Notes under the pieces: generated by a model
What the model saw: only the letters and a program-made list of their open reading frames with translations
Database searches by the model: none
Told to the model about the DNA's origin: nothing
In this document: piece by piece, positions 37,476 through 47,242 of the stretch
Position numbering within the stretch: the stretch's first letter is position 1
Layout of the letters: each line of letters starts with the position of its first letter
Assembly: GCA_963667255.1 (NCBI GenBank)
Contig: OY762940.1
Span: 1,088,001-1,152,000 of the forward strand
From: Candidatus Cloacimonadota bacterium
GTDB lineage: Bacteria; Cloacimonadota; Cloacimonadia; G963667145
Length of the DNA: 64,000 nt
Direction: 5' to 3'
Program-made: the position numbers and the translations under genes

Positions 37476-38405
37476 TTGAGAAAGCGTTGGTTTTTTAGTT
37501 TTGGACATGTTGAGTGGACAAAGAGTTATATTTTTTCTTTTTCTAATAGATTTTTTTTGTTTCTTCTCTTTTTTGTTTCTTTATTTGCTATGCTTCTGTT
37601 ATGGAAAGGTGGTGTGGCTGTCTCTTATTTTAGCAAAGTCTCCAGACAGGACAAATTGGAAAGAGAGAACGAAATTTTGAAGAGCCAATTAGCTAAGTTT
37701 AGTGCAATTATAGATTCGGTTAAGGGAGATCTCAGCGTTATTCAATCTTGGGAAAGTGAAATCCGCAAGCAAAGAAATTTCAAGCCTGTTGATCCCCAAA
37801 TCAGAGAGATGGGTATAGGTGGTGTGCCGACATTAGATAGTGCTACTTCAGAACTTTCTTCAGATTTGAGGTTGGATTGTGCTTTTCTGAAGTTACAACT
37901 TGAGCAATTGACAGCTATGTCGGAGTTGGAGTTTGAGTTGATGGGCGAACTGCGAAAAAACAGTGAGTTTCGCCAAGATATGTATGACTATATGCCCACT
38001 ATCTATCCTGTTTATGGTTATGTTACCAGTCCTTTCGGTTATAGGATTCATCCTATTCTTGGACGGAAAATATTTCACGAGGGTATTGATATAGCCAATA
38101 AAAAAGGAACTTTAGTTCATGCTACGGCTGATGGAGTGGTTTCTGACACCAAATACTCCAGTAGTTTTGGAAACAATATTTTGATTGACCACAAGTATGG
38201 ATTTTCTACCCGTTATGCTCATTTGTCAAAACTATTGGTAAAAGATGGACAAAAGGTAAAAAAAGGCGAAGTTATAGGTTTGATGGGATCTACCGGAAGA
38301 TCTACGGGAACTCATTTGCATTATGAAGTTCGCAGGTATGGTAGCTATAGAGACCCTGAGCCTTATCTTGCTAAGTCTGCAGATTTGGATTTAGCTGTTA
38401 ATTAA
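37476..38405 (+). CDS. M23-family metallopeptidase
   Basis: N-terminal TM, coiled coil, H.G.D and STG.HLHYEV motifs. Confidence 0.88.
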   Translation: MRKRWFFSFGHVEWTKSYIFSFSNRFFLFLLFFVSLFAMLLLWKGGVAVSYFSKVSRQDKLERENEILKSQLAKFSAIIDSVKGDLSVIQSWESEIRKQRNFKPVDPQIREMGIGGVPTLDSATSELSSDLRLDCAFLKLQLEQLTAMSELEFELMGELRKNSEFRQDMYDYMPTIYPVYGYVTSPFGYRIHPILGRKIFHEGIDIANKKGTLVHATADGVVSDTKYSSSFGNNILIDHKYGFSTRYAHLSKLLVKDGQKVKKGEVIGLMGSTGRSTGTHLHYEVRRYGSYRDPEPYLAKSADLDLAVN

Positions 38406-38488
38406 GTCCGATTTATTTTACTTCAAAATCCCCATCGACGGTATAGGGATGATTTGGAGTAAATTTTTTTTATAAATTGTTGAATAAA

Positions 38489-38671
38489 ATGAAGAAAAGT
38501 TTTGAAGACGAAGTTAAAAAAATAGACGAAATTGTCCGCCAACTTGAGGAAGAGAATTTGGAATTTGACCAAATTTTGAACTTGTATAAAGAAGGGCAAA
38601 CTTTGATTAAAAGTTGTAAAAAAAGATTGGAAAGTGTAGAAAATATTTTGGTTGAGTTGGATAAGGAGTAG
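38489..38671 (+). CDS. xseB: Exodeoxyribonuclease VII small subunit
   Basis: SFE.....IV..LE....L...Y.EG..L...C...L pattern. Confidence 0.85.
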   Translation: MKKSFEDEVKKIDEIVRQLEEENLEFDQILNLYKEGQTLIKSCKKRLESVENILVELDKE

Positions 38672-38675
38672 TGTT

Positions 38676-39560
38676 GTGTACAAAGCTCTAAAGAAAGACC
38701 TCAAAAAAATACGCGAAAGTGTTAACATTCAGATTGATAGATTTTTGCCGAGAAAAGACGAATATCCGAAGAATATTCATAAGGCTATTAGACATTCGCT
38801 TTTTGCTGGTGGTAAGGGCATTAGAAGTTACATGCTGATTAAAATTTATTCTATCTTCTGTGAAAAGATTGAACCGATAATGCCGTTGGCTGTCGCTTTT
38901 GAAATGTTGCATACTTACACACTTATTCACGACGATTTGCCGTATTTGGACAATGATGATTTTCGCAGGGGAAAACCAACTTGTCATAAACTTTTTGGGG
39001 AAGATGTGGCACTTTTGGCTGGCGACACTTTGCTGATTTATGCTTTCGATATCATTTCACAAATGGAAGTGGATTACAAAATTAAAGCAGGGATATTACA
39101 AAAGTTTTCTGAAATGGCAGGTGCTCGTGGTTTGGTCGGAGGACAATGGGAAGATATCAATTGTGAAGGCAAAACTGTAGATAAAGAGAAATTGGCATAT
39201 ATTCATAACAATAAAACTGCGGGATTTATTAAATTGACTGCAACCTTGGCGTGTCTTTTGGCGGGAGCATCGGAAGAAGATACGGAGTTATTGGATGAGT
39301 ATGCCGGAAATATAGGTTTGGCTTTTCAGATTGTGGATGACATTCTTGATATTGAGGGTTCTTTTCAGGAAAGAGGGAAATCTATAGGCAAAGATATGAA
39401 ATCAAAGAAGATAACTTATCCCGCTCTATACGGATTGCAAGAGTCCAAAGATGAAGTGGAAAAACTTATGACAAGAGCTAAAGAGATTTTGGACAAATAT
39501 CATGATAAGGGTCTGATGTTGCAACGATTTACCGATTATATCTACCTTAGCAAATGGTAA
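38676..39560 (+). CDS. ispA: Polyprenyl (farnesyl) diphosphate synthase
   Basis: GGKGIR, LIHDDLP.LDNDDFRRG and FQIVDDILD motifs. GTG start after AAGGAG. Confidence 0.9.
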   Translation: MYKALKKDLKKIRESVNIQIDRFLPRKDEYPKNIHKAIRHSLFAGGKGIRSYMLIKIYSIFCEKIEPIMPLAVAFEMLHTYTLIHDDLPYLDNDDFRRGKPTCHKLFGEDVALLAGDTLLIYAFDIISQMEVDYKIKAGILQKFSEMAGARGLVGGQWEDINCEGKTVDKEKLAYIHNNKTAGFIKLTATLACLLAGASEEDTELLDEYAGNIGLAFQIVDDILDIEGSFQERGKSIGKDMKSKKITYPALYGLQESKDEVEKLMTRAKEILDKYHDKGLMLQRFTDYIYLSKW

Positions 39561-39991
39561 AAATAAAGTTTAAGTTGTTGAATAAAAACGCTCGTTTGCC
39601 CAAAATAATGAGCAATTTTGCTGCCGGAGCTGACCTTGGTGCGTGTTTGCATAAGCCTTTTGTCCTTGCTCCCGGTTCTGTTGGTCTCATTCCTTGCGGA
39701 TTTGCTATGGCGATTCCCGAAGGTTATGAGGCTCAAATAAGACCTCGCAGTGGTCTTGCCGTTAAGCATTGTATCGGAGTTCTTAATTCTCCCGGGACGA
39801 TAGATGCTGATTACAGAGGCGAAGTGAAAATAATTTTGTTTAATTTTGGTAAGGAAAGTTTTACTGTTAAAAACGGCGATAGAATTGCCCAGATGGTGTT
39901 TCAAAAATTGCCGGAAGTTAAATTTGAGTGTGTGGAAATGCTGGATACAACTGTGAGAGGTGAGGGCGGATTTGGTCACACTAAATTATAA
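39554..39991 (+). CDS. dut: dUTP diphosphatase
   Basis: AGADL, RPRSGLA, GTIDADYRGE and RG.GGFGHT motifs. Confidence 0.95.
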   Translation: MVKIKFKLLNKNARLPKIMSNFAAGADLGACLHKPFVLAPGSVGLIPCGFAMAIPEGYEAQIRPRSGLAVKHCIGVLNSPGTIDADYRGEVKIILFNFGKESFTVKNGDRIAQMVFQKLPEVKFECVEMLDTTVRGEGGFGHTKL

Positions 39992-40011
39992 TTGTTTGTA
40001 AGGAGAGAGTT

Positions 40012-41295
40012 ATGGCATCATTTAGAAAGAGAATTGAGGAAGAGGTAATAAGAATAAAAGATAAAAACGCTGAGATTTTGGCTAATTATAGGGATAAAGA
40101 GGTTTGTAAAGTTACTCCTGCGAATATTTTTGCGGGGATGAGAGGTATTGTTGAGGTTGTTTGCAACACTTCTTATGTTGACCCTGAAAATGGTCTAATG
40201 CTCAAAGGTATTCCTATCGGAGACTTGGCAGATAAATGTGCGGAAGAAATTTTTTATTTATTGTGTACCGGCAAACTTCCTCAAGATGATGAATTACAAA
40301 TGCTGCAAAAGAGTTTGACTTTGCGTTCTTCTGTGCCTCGAGAGGTTTGGAATATTCTATTTGCTTTGCCTGTAAATACTCATCCTATGACGATGTTGAG
40401 TATTGCGGTTTTGATATTGGAAAGAGAATCTATCTTCCGTGAAAAATATGAAGAGGGTTTGCGGAAAAAAGATTTTTGGAAATCAACTCTAGAAGATTCT
40501 ATGGAATTGATAGCGAAAATCCCCAGTATTGCTGCTGCGATTTATAGGATTAGTTACGAAAAAACTGATTTGATTCAAAGTTACGATCCTGACTTGGATT
40601 GGTCTGCTAATTTTGCTGCGATGTTGGGAATTGATACGCCTGACGAGGAAGTTTTTGCTGATTTAATCAGGCTTTACCTTGTTCTCCATTGTGACCACGA
40701 AGGGTGCAATGCCAGTGCTTTTACAGCAAGGATTGTCAACTCTACTTTGTCGGATGTGTATAGAGCTGTTTCTTCAGGTTTAAACGCTTTAGCCGGACCT
40801 TTGCACGGACTGGCAAATCAAAACGCTTTGAAATTTGTTTTGGACATCAAAGACGAATTTGATGGCTGTCCTACCAAAGAGCAGCTGGAAAGATATCTTG
40901 GAGGTTGGTTGGATGCCGGCAAAGTTATCCCGGGATATGGACACGCTGTTTTGCGAAAAACCGATCCGAGATTTACCGAGATTAAAAAATTTGCTGATAA
41001 ATATCTTCCCGATGATGTTCTTATTAAGATTGTTGGTTTAATGAGTGAAGTTGCTCCAATTGTCTTGAAAGAGAAAGGGAAAGCTACTTCTGTGTATCCG
41101 AATGTTGATGCTATCTCCGGAGCGGTTTTATATACGCTTGGCTTGGAGAGATTTGATTATTATACCGTTATTTTTGGAGTTTCGAGGATTTTGGGATTTT
41201 GTGCTCAATTGATTATTGCCCGAGGCGTGAATTCATCTATTATCAGACCAAAGAGTGTGACAAGTGAGATGTTGGAAGAGATGCTCTCAAAATAG
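40012..41295 (+). CDS. Citrate (Si)-synthase, eukaryotic-like type
   Basis: GMRG, DHEG.NAS, LAGPLHGLANQ, IPGYGHAVLR.TDPR and PNVDA.SG motifs. Confidence 0.85.
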   Translation: MASFRKRIEEEVIRIKDKNAEILANYRDKEVCKVTPANIFAGMRGIVEVVCNTSYVDPENGLMLKGIPIGDLADKCAEEIFYLLCTGKLPQDDELQMLQKSLTLRSSVPREVWNILFALPVNTHPMTMLSIAVLILERESIFREKYEEGLRKKDFWKSTLEDSMELIAKIPSIAAAIYRISYEKTDLIQSYDPDLDWSANFAAMLGIDTPDEEVFADLIRLYLVLHCDHEGCNASAFTARIVNSTLSDVYRAVSSGLNALAGPLHGLANQNALKFVLDIKDEFDGCPTKEQLERYLGGWLDAGKVIPGYGHAVLRKTDPRFTEIKKFADKYLPDDVLIKIVGLMSEVAPIVLKEKGKATSVYPNVDAISGAVLYTLGLERFDYYTVIFGVSRILGFCAQLIIARGVNSSIIRPKSVTSEMLEEMLSK

Positions 41296-41321
41296 AATTT
41301 GAGATTTAACGGAGAGTAATT

Positions 41322-42992
41322 ATGAACTCCAATATAGAATGTGATTTTTTGGTGATTGGCTCGGGGATTGCAGGTTTGATGGCGGCTGTTCATTTGAGCA
41401 AGGACAAAACGAATAAAGTTGTTCTTGTTTCCAAAGGCGAATTGTCGGAAAATAATTCTTATTATGCCCAGGGAGGTATAGCAGCTGTTGATGAAAAGAG
41501 AATTGCTTCGGGATTGGACAACTACGAATCTCATTGCCAAGACACTTTAATCTCGGGTGATGGTTTATGCATTGAGGAAGTGGTCAGGGACTGTATCAAA
41601 GGATTTTATTCTTCATCTATCAACTCTCTTTTGGATTTAGGAGTTAATTTTAGCAGAGAAGCAAACGGAGATTTTTTGCTACATCAGGAAGGTGGGCATG
41701 AACGCGAGAGAATTTATTGTGTTGATGACCATACCGGAAGATACATTATAGAAACGCTGGTGGACAGAGTTCAAAAAACCGACAATATTCAGTGTGTTGA
41801 TAACCATATGGCTATCAATTTAATTACACAAAATTATCTGCTCGGGAGCACAAATTTTGAAGATAAGTGCTTGGGTGCTTATGTTTTGAATATTAAGAAC
41901 GACAAAGTTTTTACCATAAAGGCGAAAAAGACTATTTTGGCGACAGGCGGTGCCGGTAGAGTTTTCAAATTCACAAGTAACCCTTCTGCCGCTACCGGAG
42001 ACGGAATTGCTATGGCGTTTAGAGCGGGAGCGAGAATTTCCAATATGGAGTTCATCCAGTTTCACCCGACTGTTTTGTATCAGCCCAAAGTCGAATTTGG
42101 CGAAAGAAGATTTTTGATAACGGAAGCGTTGAGAGGGGAAAATCTCGGTGGAATTTTGACTTTGGCAAAAAATAGTGAGGAAGATTTTGTTTTGTCTTTT
42201 GATAAACGAGGCTCTCATGCGACAAGAGACATAGTTTCCAGAGCAATTGACACCAAGATAAAAGAGCTTGGTTTGGAGCATGTTTGGCTCAACTTGACTA
42301 CAAAAGTTACCGGAAAGGACAAAGAGTTTTTCCAAAAGCATTTCCCTAATATTTATAAAAAATGTGAAGAGAACGGCTACAATTTAGAAAAAGATCCAGT
42401 GCCTGTTGTGCCTGCTGCTCACTATGTGTGCGGAGGTGTGAAGGTTGATGAAAGCGGATTGAGCGATATAAAAAATCTCTATGTTGTGGGTGAGAGTGCT
42501 TGTACAGGGCTAATGGGAGCCAATAGACTTGCTTCCAATTCGTTGCCAGAGGGATGCTATTTTGCTCAAAAAGCGGCAAAACACGCTTTGCAAACTAAGA
42601 ACGAAGATTTGTCTAATTTGTCGATTCCGGATTGGCAAAGCGTAGAGACAAGTAAGAAACTTGATTTGGCAACGATAAATCAGTTTTGGGATGTTACAAG
42701 GGAAGTTATGACCAATCTTTGCGGAATAGAGAGAAATAGGCAGAGGTTGTATTTGTCGGCGGAAATCACAGCTTCTCTGGCGAAATCGGCTCATGATATT
42801 TACAAATTGTTCCCCGCTTCCCTGCAAACTTTGGAACTTCGCAATCTTACTTTGGTGGCTCGACTTATAGCTGCGTGTGCTTTGTCTCGCAACGAATCCC
42901 GAGGGTGTCATTATCGCGGAGATTTTCCGAAGAAAGACGAAAAATTTGAAATGTGCACGGTTATCAAGAAAGATATTTTTCCTCGAATTTAA
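41322..42992 (+). CDS. nadB: L-aspartate oxidase
   Basis: GSGIAGL, AQGGIA, EGGH, QFHPT, AHY.CGG and GANRLASNSL motifs. Confidence 0.9.
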   Translation: MNSNIECDFLVIGSGIAGLMAAVHLSKDKTNKVVLVSKGELSENNSYYAQGGIAAVDEKRIASGLDNYESHCQDTLISGDGLCIEEVVRDCIKGFYSSSINSLLDLGVNFSREANGDFLLHQEGGHERERIYCVDDHTGRYIIETLVDRVQKTDNIQCVDNHMAINLITQNYLLGSTNFEDKCLGAYVLNIKNDKVFTIKAKKTILATGGAGRVFKFTSNPSAATGDGIAMAFRAGARISNMEFIQFHPTVLYQPKVEFGERRFLITEALRGENLGGILTLAKNSEEDFVLSFDKRGSHATRDIVSRAIDTKIKELGLEHVWLNLTTKVTGKDKEFFQKHFPNIYKKCEENGYNLEKDPVPVVPAAHYVCGGVKVDESGLSDIKNLYVVGESACTGLMGANRLASNSLPEGCYFAQKAAKHALQTKNEDLSNLSIPDWQSVETSKKLDLATINQFWDVTREVMTNLCGIERNRQRLYLSAEITASLAKSAHDIYKLFPASLQTLELRNLTLVARLIAACALSRNESRGCHYRGDFPKKDEKFEMCTVIKKDIFPRI

Positions 42993-43001
42993 AGTGATAT
43001 T

Positions 43002-43901
43002 ATGTCGATTTTAAAAGAAATAAACGAATTAAAAAAAAACAAAAACGCCATAGTTTTGGCACATAATTATCAGCCTGAAGAAATTTATCAGGTTGCCGAT
43101 TTTGTTGGAGATAGCTTGGAATTGGCAAAGGTCGCCAGCGAAGTTGTTGCCGATATTATTGTTTTTTGTGGTGTGCGATTTATGGCTGAAACTGCTAAGA
43201 TTTTAAATCCCAGGAAAAAAGTTTTGCTGCCGGCTGCGAATGCCGGATGTCAGATGGCTGATATGGTAAATGCGGAGAAAGTTCGAGAGCTACGCGAGAA
43301 ATTCCCGAATGCTATAGTGGCGTGCTATGTAAATACTACCGCTGAAACGAAAACCGAGTGTGATGTTTGTGTGACCAGTGCTAATGCTGTGAAAGTCATA
43401 AATTCATTAACGCAAAATCAGATTATTTTTGTTCCTGACAAAAATTTGGGTTCGTTCGTAGCAAAAAACAGCAAGAAAGAGATTATTTTAGCAGATGGAT
43501 ATTGCTATGTTCACGATTGCATTTCTATTGAGGATGTGGAAATTGTGAGAGAGCAGTATCCCGATGCTCCGATTTTGATTCATCCGGAGTCCAAACGAGA
43601 AGTTGTGGATATGTGCGACTATGTGTGCTCTACTTCTCAGATGATTTCTGTTTCCAAGGAGATAGATGCACAGACTATTGTTGTGGGAACGGAGGTGGGA
43701 ATGTTGGCTAAACTGAGGCAAGAAGTTCCTGAGAAAATTTTTGTTCCTCTGAAGTCTAATGCTCTATGTAGTGACATGAAGTTGACGACTTTAGAGATGG
43801 TTAGAGATTGTTTGGCGTTTGAAAAAAACGAGATTATTTTAGATAAAGAAGTTATGGAAAAGGCAAAGGTTTGCATTGATAGAATGCTTCTTTTGAGTTA
43901 A
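43002..43901 (+). CDS. nadA: Quinolinate synthase
   Basis: LAHNYQ, GDSLEL, CGVRFMAE, YVN, TS.NA and HPE motifs. Confidence 0.93.
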   Translation: MSILKEINELKKNKNAIVLAHNYQPEEIYQVADFVGDSLELAKVASEVVADIIVFCGVRFMAETAKILNPRKKVLLPAANAGCQMADMVNAEKVRELREKFPNAIVACYVNTTAETKTECDVCVTSANAVKVINSLTQNQIIFVPDKNLGSFVAKNSKKEIILADGYCYVHDCISIEDVEIVREQYPDAPILIHPESKREVVDMCDYVCSTSQMISVSKEIDAQTIVVGTEVGMLAKLRQEVPEKIFVPLKSNALCSDMKLTTLEMVRDCLAFEKNEIILDKEVMEKAKVCIDRMLLLS

Positions 43902-43913
43902 TATTTTTGGGAA

Positions 43914-44849
43914 ATGGATAGATTAAAAAGAGTTAACGAAGTTTATCAACAGGGGAAAAATCTCAATTTTGATAATCCGGAGTATCGTCGGCAGGTCGGA
44001 GAATTTATCAACACAGCATTGAGAGAGGATATTGGTTTCGGCGATATTACTACGCAGACCGTTATTCCGCCCGACTTGGAGATGAATGCTGTTATTGGTT
44101 GCAAAGAGGACGGGATTTTTTGTGGTGAGCAGGAGCTTAAATTTTTATACGAATCTAAAGGGATTGATACTAATTTTTTGGTGCATGACGGGCACAACAT
44201 TAAGAAAGGTCAGCGATTAGTGGAATTGTCCGGATTGGTGCAATCGTTACTCTCTTTGGAGAGAGTTGGTTTGAATGTCGTGCGGAGAATGTCGGGAATC
44301 GCTACAACTACTTCCAAATTCGTTAATCTTTTGCAGGGCTCAGGAGCGATGATAGCTGCCACACGAAAAGTAGTTACATGTGAACTAATGGAAAAGCGAG
44401 CAGTTTATGTGGGTGGTGGACTTACGCATCGCATAGGTCTTGACAAGCACATTATGATTAAGGATTGTCATTTGGATATATTGCGGAGATTTCAGGGCAA
44501 TGAAGCTATTCAATCAGTGATACAATTGTGTGAAAATGTGGAAGTTCCCGTGGAAATTGAGGTGGAAAATTTGGAAGATGGCTTCTTGGTAGCCGAGACT
44601 TTTGCGAATAGTGATTATGAGGGGATTCCTATTATTATGCTGGATAATATGAAACCGGAACAGATGTCATATTTTGTGCAAAAATTGAGAGATAAATCGC
44701 TCTATGACAAGATAATTTTGGAAGCGTCCGGAGGCGTAAATTTGAATAATTTGGCTGAATATGGTGCGTGTGGTGTAGATGTAATCTCAACTTCCGGCGT
44801 TACAGAGGGAGCTTTTAGTTTAGACTTAAATCAGAAGATAGAGGGATGA
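43914..44849 (+). CDS. nadC: Nicotinate-nucleotide diphosphorylase (carboxylating)
   Basis: ED...GDITT, ER..LN, TRK, HR.GL, EIEVE, IMLDN and EASGG motifs. Confidence 0.9.
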   Translation: MDRLKRVNEVYQQGKNLNFDNPEYRRQVGEFINTALREDIGFGDITTQTVIPPDLEMNAVIGCKEDGIFCGEQELKFLYESKGIDTNFLVHDGHNIKKGQRLVELSGLVQSLLSLERVGLNVVRRMSGIATTTSKFVNLLQGSGAMIAATRKVVTCELMEKRAVYVGGGLTHRIGLDKHIMIKDCHLDILRRFQGNEAIQSVIQLCENVEVPVEIEVENLEDGFLVAETFANSDYEGIPIIMLDNMKPEQMSYFVQKLRDKSLYDKIILEASGGVNLNNLAEYGACGVDVISTSGVTEGAFSLDLNQKIEG

Positions 44850-44885
44850 TATTGGAGTTCAAACACAAATCTAAAATATACAAAG

Positions 44886-46889
44886 CTAATTATCAAACCA
44901 AATCTTTTCTTGCTCGAATGCTTGAGCAAAAAGCATTTCATCGCCGAAAATAACGGTTGCTCCCTGCAGTTCTGATAGTTGTAGCATTGTTGTTTTTCTC
45001 GGCTGATAGACCATATCCATCACAACTTGTTCAGGTCTGAATTTTGCTACTAAACTTTTGTTTTCGTTCATTCCCACGCTGGTTGCGTTGATAACCACAT
45101 CAAAATTAACACAATTTTTTTCGGCTTCTTCGAGGGTGCAAGAGGTAAAATCGCCGATATTGGATAGCTCATCATTTTTTTGCAATGACCTTGCGGCTAT
45201 AGTGACCTTGGCGTTTTCTTTTAATAGCCCGAATAGAGCAGCTTTGGCAGCACCACCATTCCCGAGAAGCAAAACTTTCTTACCAGCAAGAGAACAATTA
45301 TAGGAGAGAGGTTTAATCGCTCCGATATAGTCGGTATTAAATCCGAGCAATTTCCCTTTTTCGTTTTTGAGGGTGTTGACGGCACCGATTTTTTGAGCGG
45401 TTTCATCCAATTTATTTAGTAAGGGCAAAACCTCTTGTTTAAAAGGCATTGTTATAGCCACACCTTTCCATCCATACGATTTGAAATTAGCCAAAAATTC
45501 TTCGAGTTCAGGTCCGCTGTCGATAGGGAAATTTACAAAACAGGCGTTGATTTGCTTGCTCAAGAATTGCTGATTGTGGTAGGCTCGAGAAAAGCTCTTC
45601 TCAATATTTTTGCCGATAAGCCCGTAAACACAGGTATTTTCGTTGGTGTTCAAGACTCCATACATATCGGTGAGAGTGCTCAAATCTATCTGTCCCGGAG
45701 CGACAGCTTTCCCAGTTGGTAAAAAAGAGTAGGTGAAAGGCGAGCCGTACTTTAGGGAAAGAATTCGCGAAAATTCCCCTTTGACTCCCATGCCGAAAGC
45801 AATAAGGTTGGGAAATTTCTTCAAGGCATTAAAGAGCAAAAAGTTGTCATTTATGTTGTTTATCAAAGTTGCAACTTTTAGGTAAGGAGTTCCCAAAATC
45901 TCCATTTTAGAGATGATTTCCACTATATTTTTAGGCGTCTCTGCAAAATTGTGATAAGATAAAACGATTTTTGAGTTCAATTCGCTGAAATCCAAATCTT
46001 TGCCCAAATCGTATTCAATATCGATAAATTCAAACCCAAGTTTGTCAATTTGCAAAATAGCTTTCTTGTATTCTTCTTCCGTAAGATTGGCTTTTCCGCC
46101 TTGTTTAACGGTTCTCAGGGTTGCTATAACGCCTCTTTTGTTCCAAGTGTCTAAATTATTGGGAATTTCGTTCAGATAGTCCAAGCGAAACTCCGCCAAA
46201 TAATGCAAACTCCTGATGTAATCTATCTCTTTTTTGGCATTTTGGACATCAGATTTGCTAACACAAACACAAATTTTTGGCAGGTAAACAGAGGAAAGAG
46301 GCTTTTTTCTTTTCGGTGTAATCTTTTTGCATAAAGCCAACAACTCATGAGCTTTTTCGCGTAGTTCCTGCAAAGAGCCGTAGTTTTCCACTATGTGGTT
46401 GCAATTTGTGATAAGAGCGTTGTTCTTTTGCGAGTTTATTCTAGAGAGAAGAGAGCTGTTTTTGATTTGCAGTCTCTGAATTTGCAAGTCCACAGAGGTT
46501 TCGACATTCACATCCAAGTCAAAACAATCGCTGATGTTGCGAGAAAAAACAGGCGGGATTTCCACGAAAATCAAATCTTCTTCTTGTTTCTTTATAATGT
46601 CTTCGATTGTTGCCAAAATCACGGGATGAGTAATCTCGTTTAGCTTATTTAGTTTTTCGCTATCCGAAAATGCTAACTTGCTCAAAGAATTTTTGTCTAT
46701 TTCGTTATCACAATTCAATATCGATTCGAAAAACTCTTTGACCAAATCGTCTTTGACCAGGGGTAAAATTTGGTGTCCGACTTCATCGGCATAAACTATT
46801 TTGCAGTCCAGTTCTTCCAAGAATTTGCAGAGCGACGACTTCCCGCAACCTATTGTTCCAGTGATGGCGACTAAGGTTTTTTGTTTCAT
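44886..46889 (-). CDS. Fusion: dephospho-CoA kinase + type I 3-dehydroquinate dehydratase + shikimate dehydrogenase
   Basis: About aa 1-190 is CoaE (ITGTIGCGKS, AD..GH, LN.ITHP). About aa 205-410 is AroD (EFRLD, IDIE, SYHNF..TP, APGQ). The C-terminus is AroE (TMPFK, GAVNT, NTD, LLG.GGAA, INATSVGM, DMVY). Confidence 0.85.
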   Translation of the reverse strand: MKQKTLVAITGTIGCGKSSLCKFLEELDCKIVYADEVGHQILPLVKDDLVKEFFESILNCDNEIDKNSLSKLAFSDSEKLNKLNEITHPVILATIEDIIKKQEEDLIFVEIPPVFSRNISDCFDLDVNVETSVDLQIQRLQIKNSSLLSRINSQKNNALITNCNHIVENYGSLQELREKAHELLALCKKITPKRKKPLSSVYLPKICVCVSKSDVQNAKKEIDYIRSLHYLAEFRLDYLNEIPNNLDTWNKRGVIATLRTVKQGGKANLTEEEYKKAILQIDKLGFEFIDIEYDLGKDLDFSELNSKIVLSYHNFAETPKNIVEIISKMEILGTPYLKVATLINNINDNFLLFNALKKFPNLIAFGMGVKGEFSRILSLKYGSPFTYSFLPTGKAVAPGQIDLSTLTDMYGVLNTNENTCVYGLIGKNIEKSFSRAYHNQQFLSKQINACFVNFPIDSGPELEEFLANFKSYGWKGVAITMPFKQEVLPLLNKLDETAQKIGAVNTLKNEKGKLLGFNTDYIGAIKPLSYNCSLAGKKVLLLGNGGAAKAALFGLLKENAKVTIAARSLQKNDELSNIGDFTSCTLEEAEKNCVNFDVVINATSVGMNENKSLVAKFRPEQVVMDMVYQPRKTTMLQLSELQGATVIFGDEMLFAQAFEQEKIWFDN

Positions 46890-47242
46890 AAGTATTTTTT
46901 GATTTCTCCGATTATTTGTGCAAATTCAAAATAGTTTTTTTGTTTTTCTAATCTTTCGACAAGTTGTGCAATCTTTCTTCTGTTTCCTATCAAAATGGCG
47001 TTGCTCCTCTCAATCTTGCCACATACACACATCTTGTGAGCGGCGACATCCATGCCGATTGCCAGAGCCTCTTGTTTCATTATATTAACGCTACCGCACA
47101 GGAGATTGTCAAGCCGGATATTCAGAGGCAACATTTTGTCCGCCATCACTTCGATGCCCGCCGAACTGCATCCGATTTCGTTCAAAAAATTCTTTGCTTC
47201 GCTGGTATTTTGCGGAGTTAGTTTACTTGATTTGATAGACAA
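46886..47242 (-). CDS. Stand-alone domain resembling the N-terminal extension of long-form dihydropteroate synthase (FolP)
   Basis: IG...GIEVM..K and NI.KQEALA.G.D.A motifs. Only 118 aa, with no pterin-binding barrel. Confidence 0.55.
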   Translation of the reverse strand: MSIKSSKLTPQNTSEAKNFLNEIGCSSAGIEVMADKMLPLNIRLDNLLCGSVNIMKQEALAIGMDVAAHKMCVCGKIERSNAILIGNRRKIAQLVERLEKQKNYFEFAQIIGEIKKYL

